Part shown: positions 8,946 to 20,900 of the stretch, one piece after another
Numbering within the stretch: the stretch's first letter is position 1
Layout of the letters: each line of letters begins with the position of its first letter
Virus record (IMG/VR): IMGVR_UViG_3300035505_000270
Span: 9,252-73,251 of that record
Length of the DNA: 64,000 nt
Direction: 5' to 3' (one strand)
From: a virus
Lineage: Duplodnaviria > Caudoviricetes
The notes under the pieces: generated by a model
What the model was told of the DNA's origin: nothing
The model's input: only the letters and a program-made list of their open reading frames with translations
Database searches by the model: none
Translations under genes and position numbers: made by a program

Positions 8946-10756
8946 AATATAAATTAATTAAAGAGATTAATCCTAATTACTCTGCGTTAGAACAGGTATT
9001 AACCAATAGAGGGATTGAATATAATAATTTGTATCATTATATAAATACAACAGATGCCGATATTAATTCACCTTTAGCTTTTGGTGAAGAAAATATGAAA
9101 AATGCGGCGGCCTCTATTATTACCGCAGTCAAGTATAATTTAAAGGCCTTAATCATTGTAGACAGTGATTGCGACGGTTTTACTTCCGCTGCCCTTCTTA
9201 TTAATTATCTTTATACTTTATTTCCCGCTTGGACTAAACATTATTTAACATGGTATATCCACGAAGGAAAACAGCATGGTTTAAATGATTGTTATGAGCA
9301 AGCCTATACAGATGATTTTAAGTTGGTGATTCTTCCAGATGCAGGTTCTAATGATGTAGAATTTCATCAGAAATTATATGAAAATGGGATTACTACAGTT
9401 TGTTTAGATCATCATATCGTAGATGCAGAAATCACTTGCGGGATTGTAATAAATAATCAAAATAGCGATTATCCTAATAAAGAATTGAGCGGAGTGGGAG
9501 TTACTTGGCAATTATGTAGATATTTAGATAGCCTTTTAAACACTGATTATGCAAATCAATATCTTGACTTGGTAGCTCTTGGCAACACTGCAGATATGCA
9601 ATCTTTGCAATCAATAGAAACAAAACATTTAATAAATAAAGGCTTTGAACCTGAGAATATTCATAATCCTTTTATTTATTATATGTGGCAAAAGAATCAA
9701 TTTAAATTAGGTGACCACATCACATCATGGGGCGCAGCTTTTTATATTGCACCTCTAGTTAATGCTATTGTGCGTAGTGGAACCCAAGAGGAAAAAGAAT
9801 TAATTTTTGAGTCGATGTTAGCTTTTAAGGCTTTTAATTTAATTCCATCTACCAAAAGAGGGCATTTACCAGGAGAACAAGAAAAATTAGTAGAGCAAGC
9901 TGTAAGAACTTGTACCAATGTGAAGAATAGACAATCAAGAGCTCAAGATGCAGGGATGGAACTTTTAGAGAATAAAATTATAGAAGATAATATGCTTGAA
10001 CATAAAGTATTATTATTCTTGCTTGAACCTGGACAAATAGACAAAAATATTGCGGGATTATGCGCAAATAAGGTAGCTTCACTTTATCAAAGACCTTGTG
10101 CTATTCTTACAAGAGTGGAAGAAATTAGTAAGGTAGAGTTTCCTAATAATGATAAAGTAATTGCAGAAATGTATACTAATATATCATATCAAGGTTCTGC
10201 AAGAGGATGTGATATAGTTGGTATTACTAATTTTAAGAGTATCTGCGCGGGAACTGGGTTGACGAGTCTAGCCGCGGGTCATGAAGGAGCCTTCGGGCTA
10301 AACATCCCCGAAGAAAACATAAATAAATTCATTTCCGCAACAGATGAAGCATTAAAAGATATGCCTTCCGAAGCATTATATTATGTTGATTATATTTATA
10401 ATGGAAATAATGTAAATCCTCAAAATATATTAGATATAGCCTCTATGGATTGCTATTGGGGGAAGGATCTATCAGAAAGCATCGTTGCTATTGAGAATTT
10501 AACTATAGTACCGGAAATGGTAACTATTTATAATAAATCAAGTATAACAATTAAAATTCAACTAAATAATAATGTAACTTTAATGTTATTTAATGCAACA
10601 GAAAAAGATTGTGATAAGTTGCAGACAAATAATACAGGCTATGTAAAAATAAATTGTGTAGGCAAATGCCATCTAAATGAATGGAATGGAAATGTGTCTC
10701 CGCAGATTTTTATAACAGAGTATGAAATTGTTGACTCTAGTAAATATTTCTTTTAA
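8942..10756 (+). CDS. recJ: RecJ-like ssDNA exonuclease (DHH family)
   Basis: VDSDCDG, LDHH, GSARG and AGHEGAFG motifs. Confidence 0.9.
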   Translation: MKYKLIKEINPNYSALEQVLTNRGIEYNNLYHYINTTDADINSPLAFGEENMKNAAASIITAVKYNLKALIIVDSDCDGFTSAALLINYLYTLFPAWTKHYLTWYIHEGKQHGLNDCYEQAYTDDFKLVILPDAGSNDVEFHQKLYENGITTVCLDHHIVDAEITCGIVINNQNSDYPNKELSGVGVTWQLCRYLDSLLNTDYANQYLDLVALGNTADMQSLQSIETKHLINKGFEPENIHNPFIYYMWQKNQFKLGDHITSWGAAFYIAPLVNAIVRSGTQEEKELIFESMLAFKAFNLIPSTKRGHLPGEQEKLVEQAVRTCTNVKNRQSRAQDAGMELLENKIIEDNMLEHKVLLFLLEPGQIDKNIAGLCANKVASLYQRPCAILTRVEEISKVEFPNNDKVIAEMYTNISYQGSARGCDIVGITNFKSICAGTGLTSLAAGHEGAFGLNIPEENINKFISATDEALKDMPSEALYYVDYIYNGNNVNPQNILDIASMDCYWGKDLSESIVAIENLTIVPEMVTIYNKSSITIKIQLNNNVTLMLFNATEKDCDKLQTNNTGYVKINCVGKCHLNEWNGNVSPQIFITEYEIVDSSKYFF

Positions 10757-10797
10757 CTGCTTGGAGGGTAAACATCCGACATTCAGATTCAAAATAG

Positions 10798-10825
10798 GGG
10801 TTTGGATTTTTTCAAACCCATTTTT
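10798..10825 (+). terminator. Probable terminator
   Basis: GGGTTTGGA-TTTT-TTCAAACCC stem followed by ATTTTT. Confidence 0.55.
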
Positions 10826-10831
10826 ACTTAT

Positions 10832-10860
10832 TTGATTTTTATATAATTTTGTGATATAAT
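10832..10860 (+). promoter_or_regulatory. sigmaA-like promoter for the helicase gene
   Basis: TTGATT-N17-TATAAT with extended -10 TG. Confidence 0.75.
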
Positions 10861-10897
10861 ATTTATAGAAAAAAAGAAAAGGAGGAAGTAGAACCTG

Positions 10898-12087
10898 ATG
10901 AAATTGACTAAAAAACAAGAAGAAGGTTTGAAAATTGCTATAGCCAGATACAGAAACAATAAAAAGTTTACTGTTATCTCTGGCTATGCCTAAAAGCAGG
11001 AACCGGGAAATCAACTCTAGTTCGTTTTATCATTGAGGCATTGGATGTAGAAGAAAGAAAAGTAGCTTATGCAACATATACAGGTAAAGCAGCAGAAGTA
11101 TTACGCAAAAAGGGTAATCCAAATGCTATGACTTTACATAAATTATTGTATGATAGTTTCCCTCGCCCGGATGGAGGTTTCTATCGCAAACCTAAAGTTT
11201 CATTGGACTTTACTATTGTTGTTGTAGATGAGGTATCAATGGTTCCTACTGAAATGATAGATTTATTATTGAGTTACAATGTTTATGTAATTTTCTTAGG
11301 CGATCCATTTCAGCTAGGCCCGATCTCTAAAAAGGATGATAATCATCTACTAGACAAGCCTCATGTATTCCTATCTGAGATTATGCGCCAAGCTGCAGAA
11401 TCTGAAATTATTCAACTTACTATGAAAATACGTGAAGGTGAAGTCATAGACTATTTTCAAGGGAAAGATATTTTAGTGATTCCTCCTAGTGAATTAGTTA
11501 CTGGGCATATGACTTGGGCAGATCAAATTATTTGCGCTACTAATAGCAAAAGAAGAGCATTAAATGATCAAATGCGCGAACTGCTTGGTTATAGCGGGCT
11601 GCCGCAAACGGGCGAACGCATGATTTGCTTATCTAATTATTGGGAAGATTTATCTGAAGATGGAGAATCTGCACTAGTAAATGGAACAACAGGTATTATT
11701 CAAAATCCTTTTGAAACCTATACTATGGCTCCACAATATATAAAAATGAAAAATCATCGCATGAATATAATTTGTGGAGAGTTTATTACAGAAGATGGAA
11801 CAACTTTTCATTCTGTTGACATGGATAAAAAAATGATACAAACTGGAGAACCTTGTCTTGATTGGAGAGAATCTTATGCTCTTGGTAAATTAAGAAATAA
11901 AATAGGGGATATCATACCTAGGCAGTTTGCGTATGGGTATGCGATTACGGCTCATAAAGCACAAGGCAGCGAATTTGATAAAGTTTTAGTCATAGAAGAG
12001 TCTTTTCCATTTGATAAAATTGAACACGCCCGGTGGCTATACACAGCTGCAACTCGTAGCGCAGAGAAGCTTGTTTTAGTGAGGTAG
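10898..12087 (+). CDS. RecD/Dda-like SF1B helicase with an 8-nt stop-containing insert in Walker A (393 aa if the insert is skipped)
   Basis: AGGAGG RBS and ATG at 10898 give MKLTKKQEEG...VISGYA, then TAA at 10991. The frame of 10999 resumes GTGKST and continues through DEVSM, GDPFQL, AHKAQGSE and WLYTAATR. Confidence 0.85.
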
Positions 12088-12092
12088 TAGAT

Positions 12093-12317
12093 ATGACACA
12101 CGACATACGGAATCCAAAAACAAGAAATGAAGCTAAAAATTTTATGGTATTTTATAAACCAATTTACACTTTAATGAATAATAAAAATACTGATATTAAA
12201 TTAATTGCTGAAATGGATTTATTTAATAATTATATTGAATTTTTAATATGTGATGAGGCAGAAGAAATTTTTTCAATTCTTCTTTTGAAATATGTGAAGC
12301 AGTTGATTTATTTTTGA
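12093..12317 (+). CDS. Hypothetical protein
   Basis: 74 aa ORF directly after the helicase; GAGGT RBS. Confidence 0.5.
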   Translation: MTHDIRNPKTRNEAKNFMVFYKPIYTLMNNKNTDIKLIAEMDLFNNYIEFLICDEAEEIFSILLLKYVKQLIYF

Positions 12318-12397
12318 TGAAGTTGATAAAGAAAATGATAAATAAATTTTTAATTCTAATAAAACTAAATCTATTTTTAGTTAGAAAATTTGAAAAG

Positions 12398-12421
12398 AAA
12401 GAGTGCTTGTCACTCTTTTTT
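12398..12421 (+). terminator. Rho-independent terminator
   Basis: AAAGAGTG-CTTGT-CACTCTTT followed by a T tract. Confidence 0.65.
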
Positions 12422-12448
12422 GACTTTTTATAAAAATTATGTTATAAT
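12420..12448 (+). promoter_or_regulatory. sigmaA-like promoter
   Basis: TTGACT-N17-TATAAT with extended -10 TG. Confidence 0.8.
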
Positions 12449-12480
12449 ATATATAGAAAAGAAAAAGGGGTATAAATAAT

Positions 12481-12768
12481 ATGTATTCCAAAAAAGAACA
12501 GTTATTAAATCTTATCAACAATATAAACGTAGAAAATAAAAACTATTCAAAGTCCTATTGGTGGGGAATTAATAATCCTTATGCTGATGAAATGGAAAGT
12601 TATCCGTATATAAAAAGTATGTTTATATCTGACAATGCTTTTGAAAGAGCATGGATAAATGAATGTTGGGAACTTGTAAATGATAAAATCGGTTTTTGGG
12701 CAGATAATTTAGATTATATTCAAATATTAGAATCCATACTAAGGAGTAAAAATGAATTATCCAGGTAG
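12481..12768 (+). CDS. Hypothetical protein
   Basis: 95 aa ORF overlapping the dnaE start. Confidence 0.6.
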   Translation: MYSKKEQLLNLINNINVENKNYSKSYWWGINNPYADEMESYPYIKSMFISDNAFERAWINECWELVNDKIGFWADNLDYIQILESILRSKNELSR

Positions 12769-15700
12769 TTTACATAATCATACCCAGATGTCGAATTTCA
12801 GGATTCGGGATTGTATTATTAAAGAGGAAGATTTAATTAATAAAGCAATAGAATTAAATCATTCAGTTATAGCAGTTACAGACCATGAAACTATAGCATC
12901 TGCAGTGAGAGTAGAAAAAATATATAATAAAATTAAAGAGAAAAATATTCCATTAAAAGTTATAATGGGTAATGAGATTTATTTATGTAGAGATGGTTTA
13001 AATAATGAAAATTATGTAGCGGGAGAAGATAAATATTATCATTTTATTCTTTTAGCTAAAGATTTGCAAGGCTATCAACAAATTTGTGAATTATCTACTA
13101 GAGCTTGGATGAGAAGTTATGTGAGTAGAGGCTTAAGAAGAGTTCCTACTTATTATCAAGATATAGTAGAAATTATAGGAAAGAAGCCAGGCCATGTTAT
13201 TGGTTCTAGCGCTTGCCTTGGTGGTATGCTTGCAACTCAACTTTTAAAATATAGAGATACTCAAGAGCAAGACACAGATTTATGGAATAAAATCTTAAAT
13301 TGGTGTCAATTAATATGTAACACTTTTGGCGGGAAAGATTATTTTTATTTAGAATTACAGCCTTCTGCTTCAAAAGAGCAAACATATGTAAATAGAAAAT
13401 TAATAGAAATATCTAATTTATTAAATATAGATTATATTATTACTACAGATTCTCATTATTTACAAAAAGAAGATAAAAATATTCATAAAGCTTTTCTTCA
13501 TGCCCAAGATGGAGATAGAGAAGTAGATTCATTTTATGCTACAACTTATTTAATGAACACAGAAGAATTAGAATCTCATTTAGATTTAACAAGAGAGGAA
13601 TTAGATAGGGCTTATAGTAATATTACAAAAATTCAAAATTTATGTGAAGATTATTCTATTTTAAAACCTTTAAAAATTCCTAGTCTTAAATGGAATGATT
13701 ATAGTAATATTTCTTTAACTCAAGAATGGATAGATAAAATTCCTATGTTAGAAACTTTTAATAATTCTTCTTTCGACGGAGATAAAAAATTAGTTAAAGC
13801 AATAATAGTAGGTATTAATAAACATGAAGATTTACAAAATCAAGAAGCTTATAATGAAATTAATAGCAATCTGCAAATGACTTGGGTATCTTCTAACGTA
13901 AATAAAGCACATTGGTCAGCCTATTATCTTAATCTTCAAAAGATTATAGATTTATGTTGGGAAGCAAATTCTATAGTAGGCCCAGGAAGAGGCTCAGGTG
14001 TAGGTTTTATTCTTTTATATTGTTTAGGTATTACACAAATTAATCCTTTAAGAGAAGAAACTAAAACTTATAGTTGGAGATTAACCCATAGGGTTTAAAG
14101 GTCTCCTAGGCATGGTGACATGCCTACAAAAAACCTCGTGAACGCAAGAAAAAGCGGTGTGAAATTATTAAAATTAATTTTGCTAACGGTGGACAGTTTT
14201 AATTAAACTCAATACCGTGCTTTTTTACTTTTCATTGGAAAAACAAGTGAAAGTAAGGAGTGTATCGACTATTCCTGATGAGTGTAAGGAAGTAGAATAG
14301 ATTTTATCACTATTCGAAGCGCGAGGACTCTCCTTTATTTTCTTTTAAACCGAAAGGAGAAAATAAATGGGACATATTTATAAAATTACAAATTTAATTA
14401 ACCAAAAAGTTTACATAGGGCAAACTATTAAAACAGTTGAAAAAAAGATTTCAACAACATAAAAATAATAGTAATAAAGAGTACTTTTCTCAAATTATTT
14501 TATATAAAGCATTTAATAAATATGGTATTAATAACTTTAAATGTGAAGAAATTGAAGAAATTGATAATGAATATTTAAATGAAAGAGAAAAATATTGGAT
14601 AGAATATTATGATAGTTATTTTAATGGTTACAATAGCACCTTGGGCGGAAGAGCTACTCAATTATATAATTGGGATATAGATGATATTATAAAAAATATA
14701 TGAGATTAAAATCTGCTCGGAAGGTAGCATTAGAAATTGGCTGTGATCATTCAACTATAGATAGAATATTGAATGAAAATGGAGTTAAACGATTTACCCC
14801 AGGACAGCAACAATCAAAACCATTAATTATAATAGATAAAGAAAATAACAAACATAATTTTGAAACGACAAGAGAAGCTGCTGAATGGTTAATTAAAAAT
14901 AAATACACAAAAATGATAAATCCTACAATAGTAAGGCAAGAAATATGTAATAGGATTAAAAATAATAAAAAGTATTTAGGTTTGGAAATATTTTATAAAG
15001 GAGAGTAAGAGATAGTCAGCTCCATTGGTGACAATGGAAAAAGTGTTTTGAACCCAGAACGTGTATCTGTTCTTGATATTGATTTTGATATAGAAGGTAG
15101 TAAAAGAGCACAAGTTTTATCAAAATTTAGAGAATTTTATGGTGAAGATAGAGTATCAAATGTAATTACTTTTAGAACAGAAAAAACTAAATCTGCTATA
15201 TTAACTGCAGCAAGAGGCTTAGGTATAGATAATGATGAGGCACAGTATTTAGCAAGTCTCATTCCCGCAGATAGAGGTCAAATAAGAAGTTTATCAGAAG
15301 TATATTATGGTAATCCCGAAAAAGATTTTAAACCAGTTACCGCCTTTGTTCAAGCTATGGATACAGATTACCAAGAACTGTGGCAAGTAGCTCAAAAAAT
15401 AGAAGGGTTAATATGCGGAACAGGTATTCATGCGGGTGGTGTTATCTTCGTGGATGAACCCTTTACCTTATCTACTGGATTAATGCGAGCGCCGGATGGT
15501 ACAATCTGTACTCAATTTGATCTTCATGACGCAGAGGCCGTGAGCCTTATCAAGTATGATGCGCTCTCAGTCGAGGCTATGGATAAACTTCATGTCTGTC
15601 TTGATTTAATTTGCAATTATGGATATGAAACAAGAGAAGCTACTTTACGTGAAACATACGAAAAAATTATAGGTATTTATAAATTAGATAGAACATCTGA

Positions 15701-17579
15701 AGATATGTGGAAAATGGTGTGGGAACATAAAATTTTATCATTATTTCAGATGGAACAGCAAAGTGGTATTCAAGGTATAGCTTTAGCCAAGCCAAAAAGT
15801 GTTAACGACCTTAGTGTTTTAAATTCAGTTATCAGACTAATGGCGCCAGATAAGAATAGCGATACCCCTTTGGTAACTTGGTCTAAATATCGTAAAAATA
15901 TCAATTTGTGGTTAAAAGAAATGCGAAATTATGGATTAAGTCAAGAAGAAATAGATTGGTTATCTAGCCATTCTGCCATTACAGACGGGATCTGTGAGTC
16001 ACAAGAGGGGCTAATGTCATTAGTCCAAGAACCTAGATTAGGCGGAAATACCTTAACTTTTGCAGATAAATGTAGAAAAGGTATTGCAAAAAAGCAAGGT
16101 AAGCTATTCCAAGAATGCGAAGATATATTTTATGAAAACATTAAAAAGAACAATTGTTCAGAAAAATTGGCACATTATGTGTGGGATGTACTGCTTAAAG
16201 TACAGCGTGGATATTCTTTTAATAGATCGCATTGTCTTGCATATTCTTTAGTAGCCTTACAAGAGATGAATTTAGCATATAAATATCCAATTATTTTTTG
16301 GAGTTGTGCTTGTTTAATTAGCAATAGTGGTTCTTTAGAAGATAATGGTACTACTGACTATGCAAAAACTGCAAAAGCACTAGGGGATATTATTTCAAGA
16401 GGAATTAAAGTAACTTTAGTAGATATTAATAAATCTAATTTTAGTTTTGAACCTGATGTAGAGAATAATCAAATCTTGTTTGGTTTAAAAGCATTAAGTG
16501 GTATTAATACAGATGTTATTAATAAAATTATTGCGGGCCGCCCTTATAAAAGTTTTATTGACTTTTTAAATCGTTGTCCATTAAATAAAACCGCTATGAT
16601 TTCTCTTATTAAAGCGGGAAGCTTTGATAACCTTGAGGAGCAATGGGCAAAAGAGTTAAATATTGAACCTAGAGTTTTAATTATGATTTATTATATTTTA
16701 AAAGTTAGTGAGCCTAAGAAAAAATTAACTTTACAAAACTTTAATGGTTTAATACAAAGAAATTTAGTGCCAGAAGATTTAACTTTCACAAAGCGAATAT
16801 ATATATTTAATGATTACTTAAAGAAAAATAAAAAAGTAGGAAAATATTATGTATTTGACGAAGCTTGTGATAGATTTTATTCTCAATTCTTTAATATGGA
16901 ATTATTACAAGTAATTAATGGTTATACTTGTATTTTACAATCTAATTGGGAAAAGATATATCAGAAAGAAATGGATGCGGCCAGGGCTTGGTTGACAAAT
17001 AACCAAGATTCGGTGCTTAAAGAGTTTAATTATCTTTTATTTAAAGAATCTTGGGATAAGTACGCAGAAGGCACTATATCAGCATGGGAAATGGAAGCAT
17101 TATGTTTTTATTATCACGAGCATGAATTAATAAATATTAATACATATAGATACGGAGTGATAGATTTCTTTAACCTACCTGAAGATCCTCAAGTTGATTA
17201 TTTCTTTAAGAGAAATGGAAAAGAAATTCCTATTTATAAGTTATACAAAATCATAGGTACGATAATTAGTAAAGACGATGCTAAATCATCAGTAACTATT
17301 TTAACAACTCGTGGTGTAGTAACAGTAAATTTTACTAAAGAATATTATGCTATGTATAACCGCAGAATATCAGAAATAGAAGCGGATGGTAGCAAAAAAG
17401 TTAAAGAAGAAGGTTGGTTTAAGCGTGGAACCAAGATTATGGTGACGGGCTTCCGCAGAGAAAATCAATTTGTAGCCAAAACCTATCAAAAAACTGAATC
17501 ACATCAATTGTATAAAATTGTACAAGTAAATAATGATACAATGATATTAGAACATAATAGATATGGACAAGGAGAGTAA
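12752..17579 (+). CDS. dnaE: DNA polymerase III alpha-like (family C), split by a group I intron (exons 12752-14081 and 15046-17579; 1287 aa spliced)
   Basis: PHP motifs LHNHT, TDHE and TTDSHY; GPGRGSG. The spliced junction reads SWR|F|LNPERVSVLDIDFD. GIHAGG and YSFNRSH follow. Confidence 0.92.
14082..15045 (+). mobile_element. Group I intron in dnaE (964 nt)
   Basis: P1 is GGAGAT/GTCTCC with a U.G pair. P3 is CCTCGTG/CGCGAGG. P7 is GACTAT(14267)/ATAGTC(15012). Terminal G15045. Confidence 0.9.
14367..15008 (+). pseudogene. Frameshifted GIY-YIG homing endonuclease in the dnaE intron
   Basis: AAGGAG RBS, then MGHIYKITN...VYIGQT. The frame breaks at an A7 run (14440-14446) and again at an A run near 14690-14700. 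Confidence 0.8.
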
Positions 17580-17581
17580 CA

Positions 17582-17875
17582 ATGACAAATGATATTGTAA
17601 ATCATCCAAATCACTATTGCAGAGAAGGGGCTATGGAAACAATTGATGAAATGCTCCTTCTCTTCGGAGAAGAAGAAGTAAAAAGTTTTTGTAAGCTTAA
17701 TGCTTGGAAATATAGAAGCAGGGCTTTGTATAAAAACAAAGAAGAAGATATTGCAAAAAGTGATTGGTATTTAAAAAAATATAAGGAATTGCAAGAAAAC
17801 AATAAAAATAATATTACTATTACTACTCCACACCCAGAGTATATTAGTACTACCCTCCTGGGTAATAATAATTAA
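17582..17875 (+). CDS. DUF3310-like phage protein
   Basis: DIVNHPNHY...ETID...NAWKY...EDIAKSDWYL pattern. Confidence 0.7.
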   Translation: MTNDIVNHPNHYCREGAMETIDEMLLLFGEEEVKSFCKLNAWKYRSRALYKNKEEDIAKSDWYLKKYKELQENNKNNITITTPHPEYISTTLLGNNN

Positions 17876-17897
17876 TTTATATTAGAAAAAATTTATA
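17860..17897 (+). promoter_or_regulatory. Candidate phage-specific promoter motif (GGNYAR-N28-YATA) upstream of nrdD
   Basis: GGGTAA(17860)-N28-TATAATAATT; same spacing as four other upstream sites. Confidence 0.4.
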
Positions 17898-17945
17898 ATA
17901 ATTATAAGCCTTAAAATAATAATGAAATAATTAGGAGGATAATTA

Positions 17946-20900
17946 ATGATAGTAATTAAAAAAAGAGATGGCTCTTTACAGCAATTTAATCAAAATAAAA
18001 TTATAAATGCGGTGCTTGCTGCGTTTAAAGCTGTAGATGGGGAACTTGATGAATATGCTTATACTAAAAGCGGTAATATAGCTAATTTCATTCAAGAGCA
18101 AGTTGAAAATGCAGATCATATTCTCAATGTAGAAGAGATACAAGACTACGTTGAAAAAGGTCTTATGGCAACAAAAAGAAAAAACGTAGCGAGAGCCTAT
18201 ATTACCTATCGTAATGAAAGAACTCGCGCAAGAGGTAATTTAACAGACCATACATTACTAGAATATTTAAGCGGACAGAGTACTTATTGGAATGAAGAAA
18301 ATTCTAATAAAGATGCAAAAGTAGTAACAACTCAACGAGATTATATTGCGGGAATTGCTTCTACAGATATTGCTCGTAGATTTTTATTACCGCAAGACGT
18401 ATGTGAAGCACATGACCAAGGTATAATTCATCAGCATGATATGGATTATATGGCACAGAACGCCTTAACTAATTGCTGTCTAATAAATCTTGATGATATG
18501 TTGCAAAATGGTACTAAAATTAATGGAGTTAGAATAGATCCACAGCATCGAATTGGTACTGCAACTACAGTAGCTACTCAAATCGTAACAGCGGTGGCTA
18601 GTTCACAGTATGGTGGCTCTACTATCACGCTCGCACATTTAGCTCCTTTCGTAAGGTCAAGCTGGAAAGAGCATTATAATAAATATCTTACTCGTGGGTT
18701 AGAGGATAAGCAGTCTCAGCAATTTGCAGACGAAGATTTGGCAAGAGAAGTAAAAGATGCTGTTCAAACTTTTAATTATCAAATTAATTCAATGAGTACA
18801 ACCAATGGACAAGCTCCTTTTCTTTCTGTTGTAATGTGGGTTAGTGAAAACCCAGAATACGAAAAAGAAAATGCTATTCTTATTGAAGAATTTTTAAAAC
18901 AAAGAATTTTAGGAATGAAAAATGAAAAAGGTGTGTATGTAACTCCCGCTTTTCCTAAATTATTATATGTATTAGATGAAAATAATATTAAAGAAAATTC
19001 TAAATATTGGTATTTAACTAAATTAGCAGCGCAATGCACTGCAAAAAGAATGGTTCCTGATTATATTTCAGCTAAGAAAATGCGAGAATATAAGGTTAAC
19101 CGTTTCGGACAGGGCGATGTCTATGGATGCATGGGATGTCGTTCGTTCCTTACGCCAGACCGTTGTACGGAAAATTATGCCAAGGCTCTTAATTATGATC
19201 CTACAAAAGGAAAATATTATGGTCGGTTGACCCGAAAGTTAAGCCGACTTAAAATTGCGTGAACTTAAGAAAAAAAGGTGTGAGCGATATGCTTGCTAAC
19301 GGTGAAAGCCGAAAGGACAATACCGTGCCAAGTCTTAAATATAATAACTAATTAAAAAGGAGTTTTTATATGAAAACAATATCTATACAAGGAATTACAT
19401 ATAAACAATTTAAAGATACAAAATATTATTGTAGCAAAGACGGAAAAATTTATTCAGATTTTTCTCAAAAGATATTAAAACCATTAATAAAAAACATTGG
19501 CAATAAACAATACTATTATATTGATATTAATTTTGGAAATGGACAAAAGCATTATCCTATTCATAAAATTGTATATGAAACATGGATAGGACAAATAGAT
19601 AATAATTTATTTGTCTTGCATAAAGATGACAATAGTCTTAATAATAATATAGATAATTTATATTTAGGAACTCAACAACAGAATATAAAAGATTGCCAAA
19701 ATAATAATCATAGAATAGGTAATACTTGGATTTTAACCGTCTATGACAAAGAAAAAAAAGAAACTGTTACTTTTTGTCCAGCAAAAGAGTTTATAACATA
19801 TAGTGAACATTCTTGTAAAAATGGTGGCATTAAAAGGGTGTTTACTAGAAATTGGTTTAAACAAAGATATGATATTATTGATTATTATTTATGTAAATCC
19901 TTAGATATAAAGAAAGGTGTAACGACTATGGGTGATGAATGTAGCCCAGTAGAGTAGATTTTATCACTACTCGAAGCGCGCAACACTTATAAAAGTGAAG
20001 AGATAGTCTAATTTAAAATTGTTAACATGGGTGTAACTACCATTAATCTTGTAGACCTAGCTTTAAGTTCCAAAGGCAACCTCCGCACATTTTGGAAACT
20101 CTTTGAACAAAGAACTGAATTATGTCACAAAGGACTTCGTGCAAGAATTGATAGATTATTAAAAGTAACTTCAGATGTAGCACCTATACTTTGGCAGGAT
20201 GGCGCCTTTGCACGGCTAAATAAAGGTGAAAGTTTAACTGATTTAATTCATCATGGCTATTCAACTGCAAGTTTAGGCTATGCAGGGTTATATGAGTGTG
20301 TTAAATATATGACAGGTCATTCTCATACTGATGGTGCAGAAGGAGAGAAATTTGGACTTGAAGTTATGCAAGCTTTAAATGATAAATGTAATCAATGGAA
20401 AGAAGCGGAAGATATAGATTATAGTTTATATGGTTCTCCTATTGAATCTACAACATATAAATTTGCGCAGTCCTTAAAGAAAAGATTTGGGGATGATGTT
20501 TTTATTAAGCTCGATGGAAAAGACAGAAACTATATAACTAATAGCTACCATGTCCCAGTTTTTGAAAAGATTTCACCTTTTGATAAATTATCAATAGAAG
20601 CAAAATTCCAAAAACTCAGTCCAGGCGGAGCAATTTCTTATATAGAATGTGCAGATTTAACACAAAATATAAATGCAGTTTTAACTGTAATTCAGTTTAT
20701 TTATGACAATATTATGTATGCGGAATTAAATACAAAATCAGATTATTGCCAAGAGTGTGGTTTCGATGGAGAAATTCTTATTGATGATAATAATGAATGG
20801 TATTGCCCAAATTGCGGAAATCGCAATCACAATACTTTAAATGTAGCAAGACGTACGTGTGGATATATTGGCTCCCATTTTTGGAACTATGGAAGAACAA

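Noticed and set aside
10960-10990. Programmed -1 frameshift at AAA AAG upstream of the helicase stop
   Set aside because: The heptamer is T AAA AAG, which is not a canonical slippery site. The product would read LWLCLKAGTGKS and lose the GYA part of Walker A. The 8-nt skip fits better.
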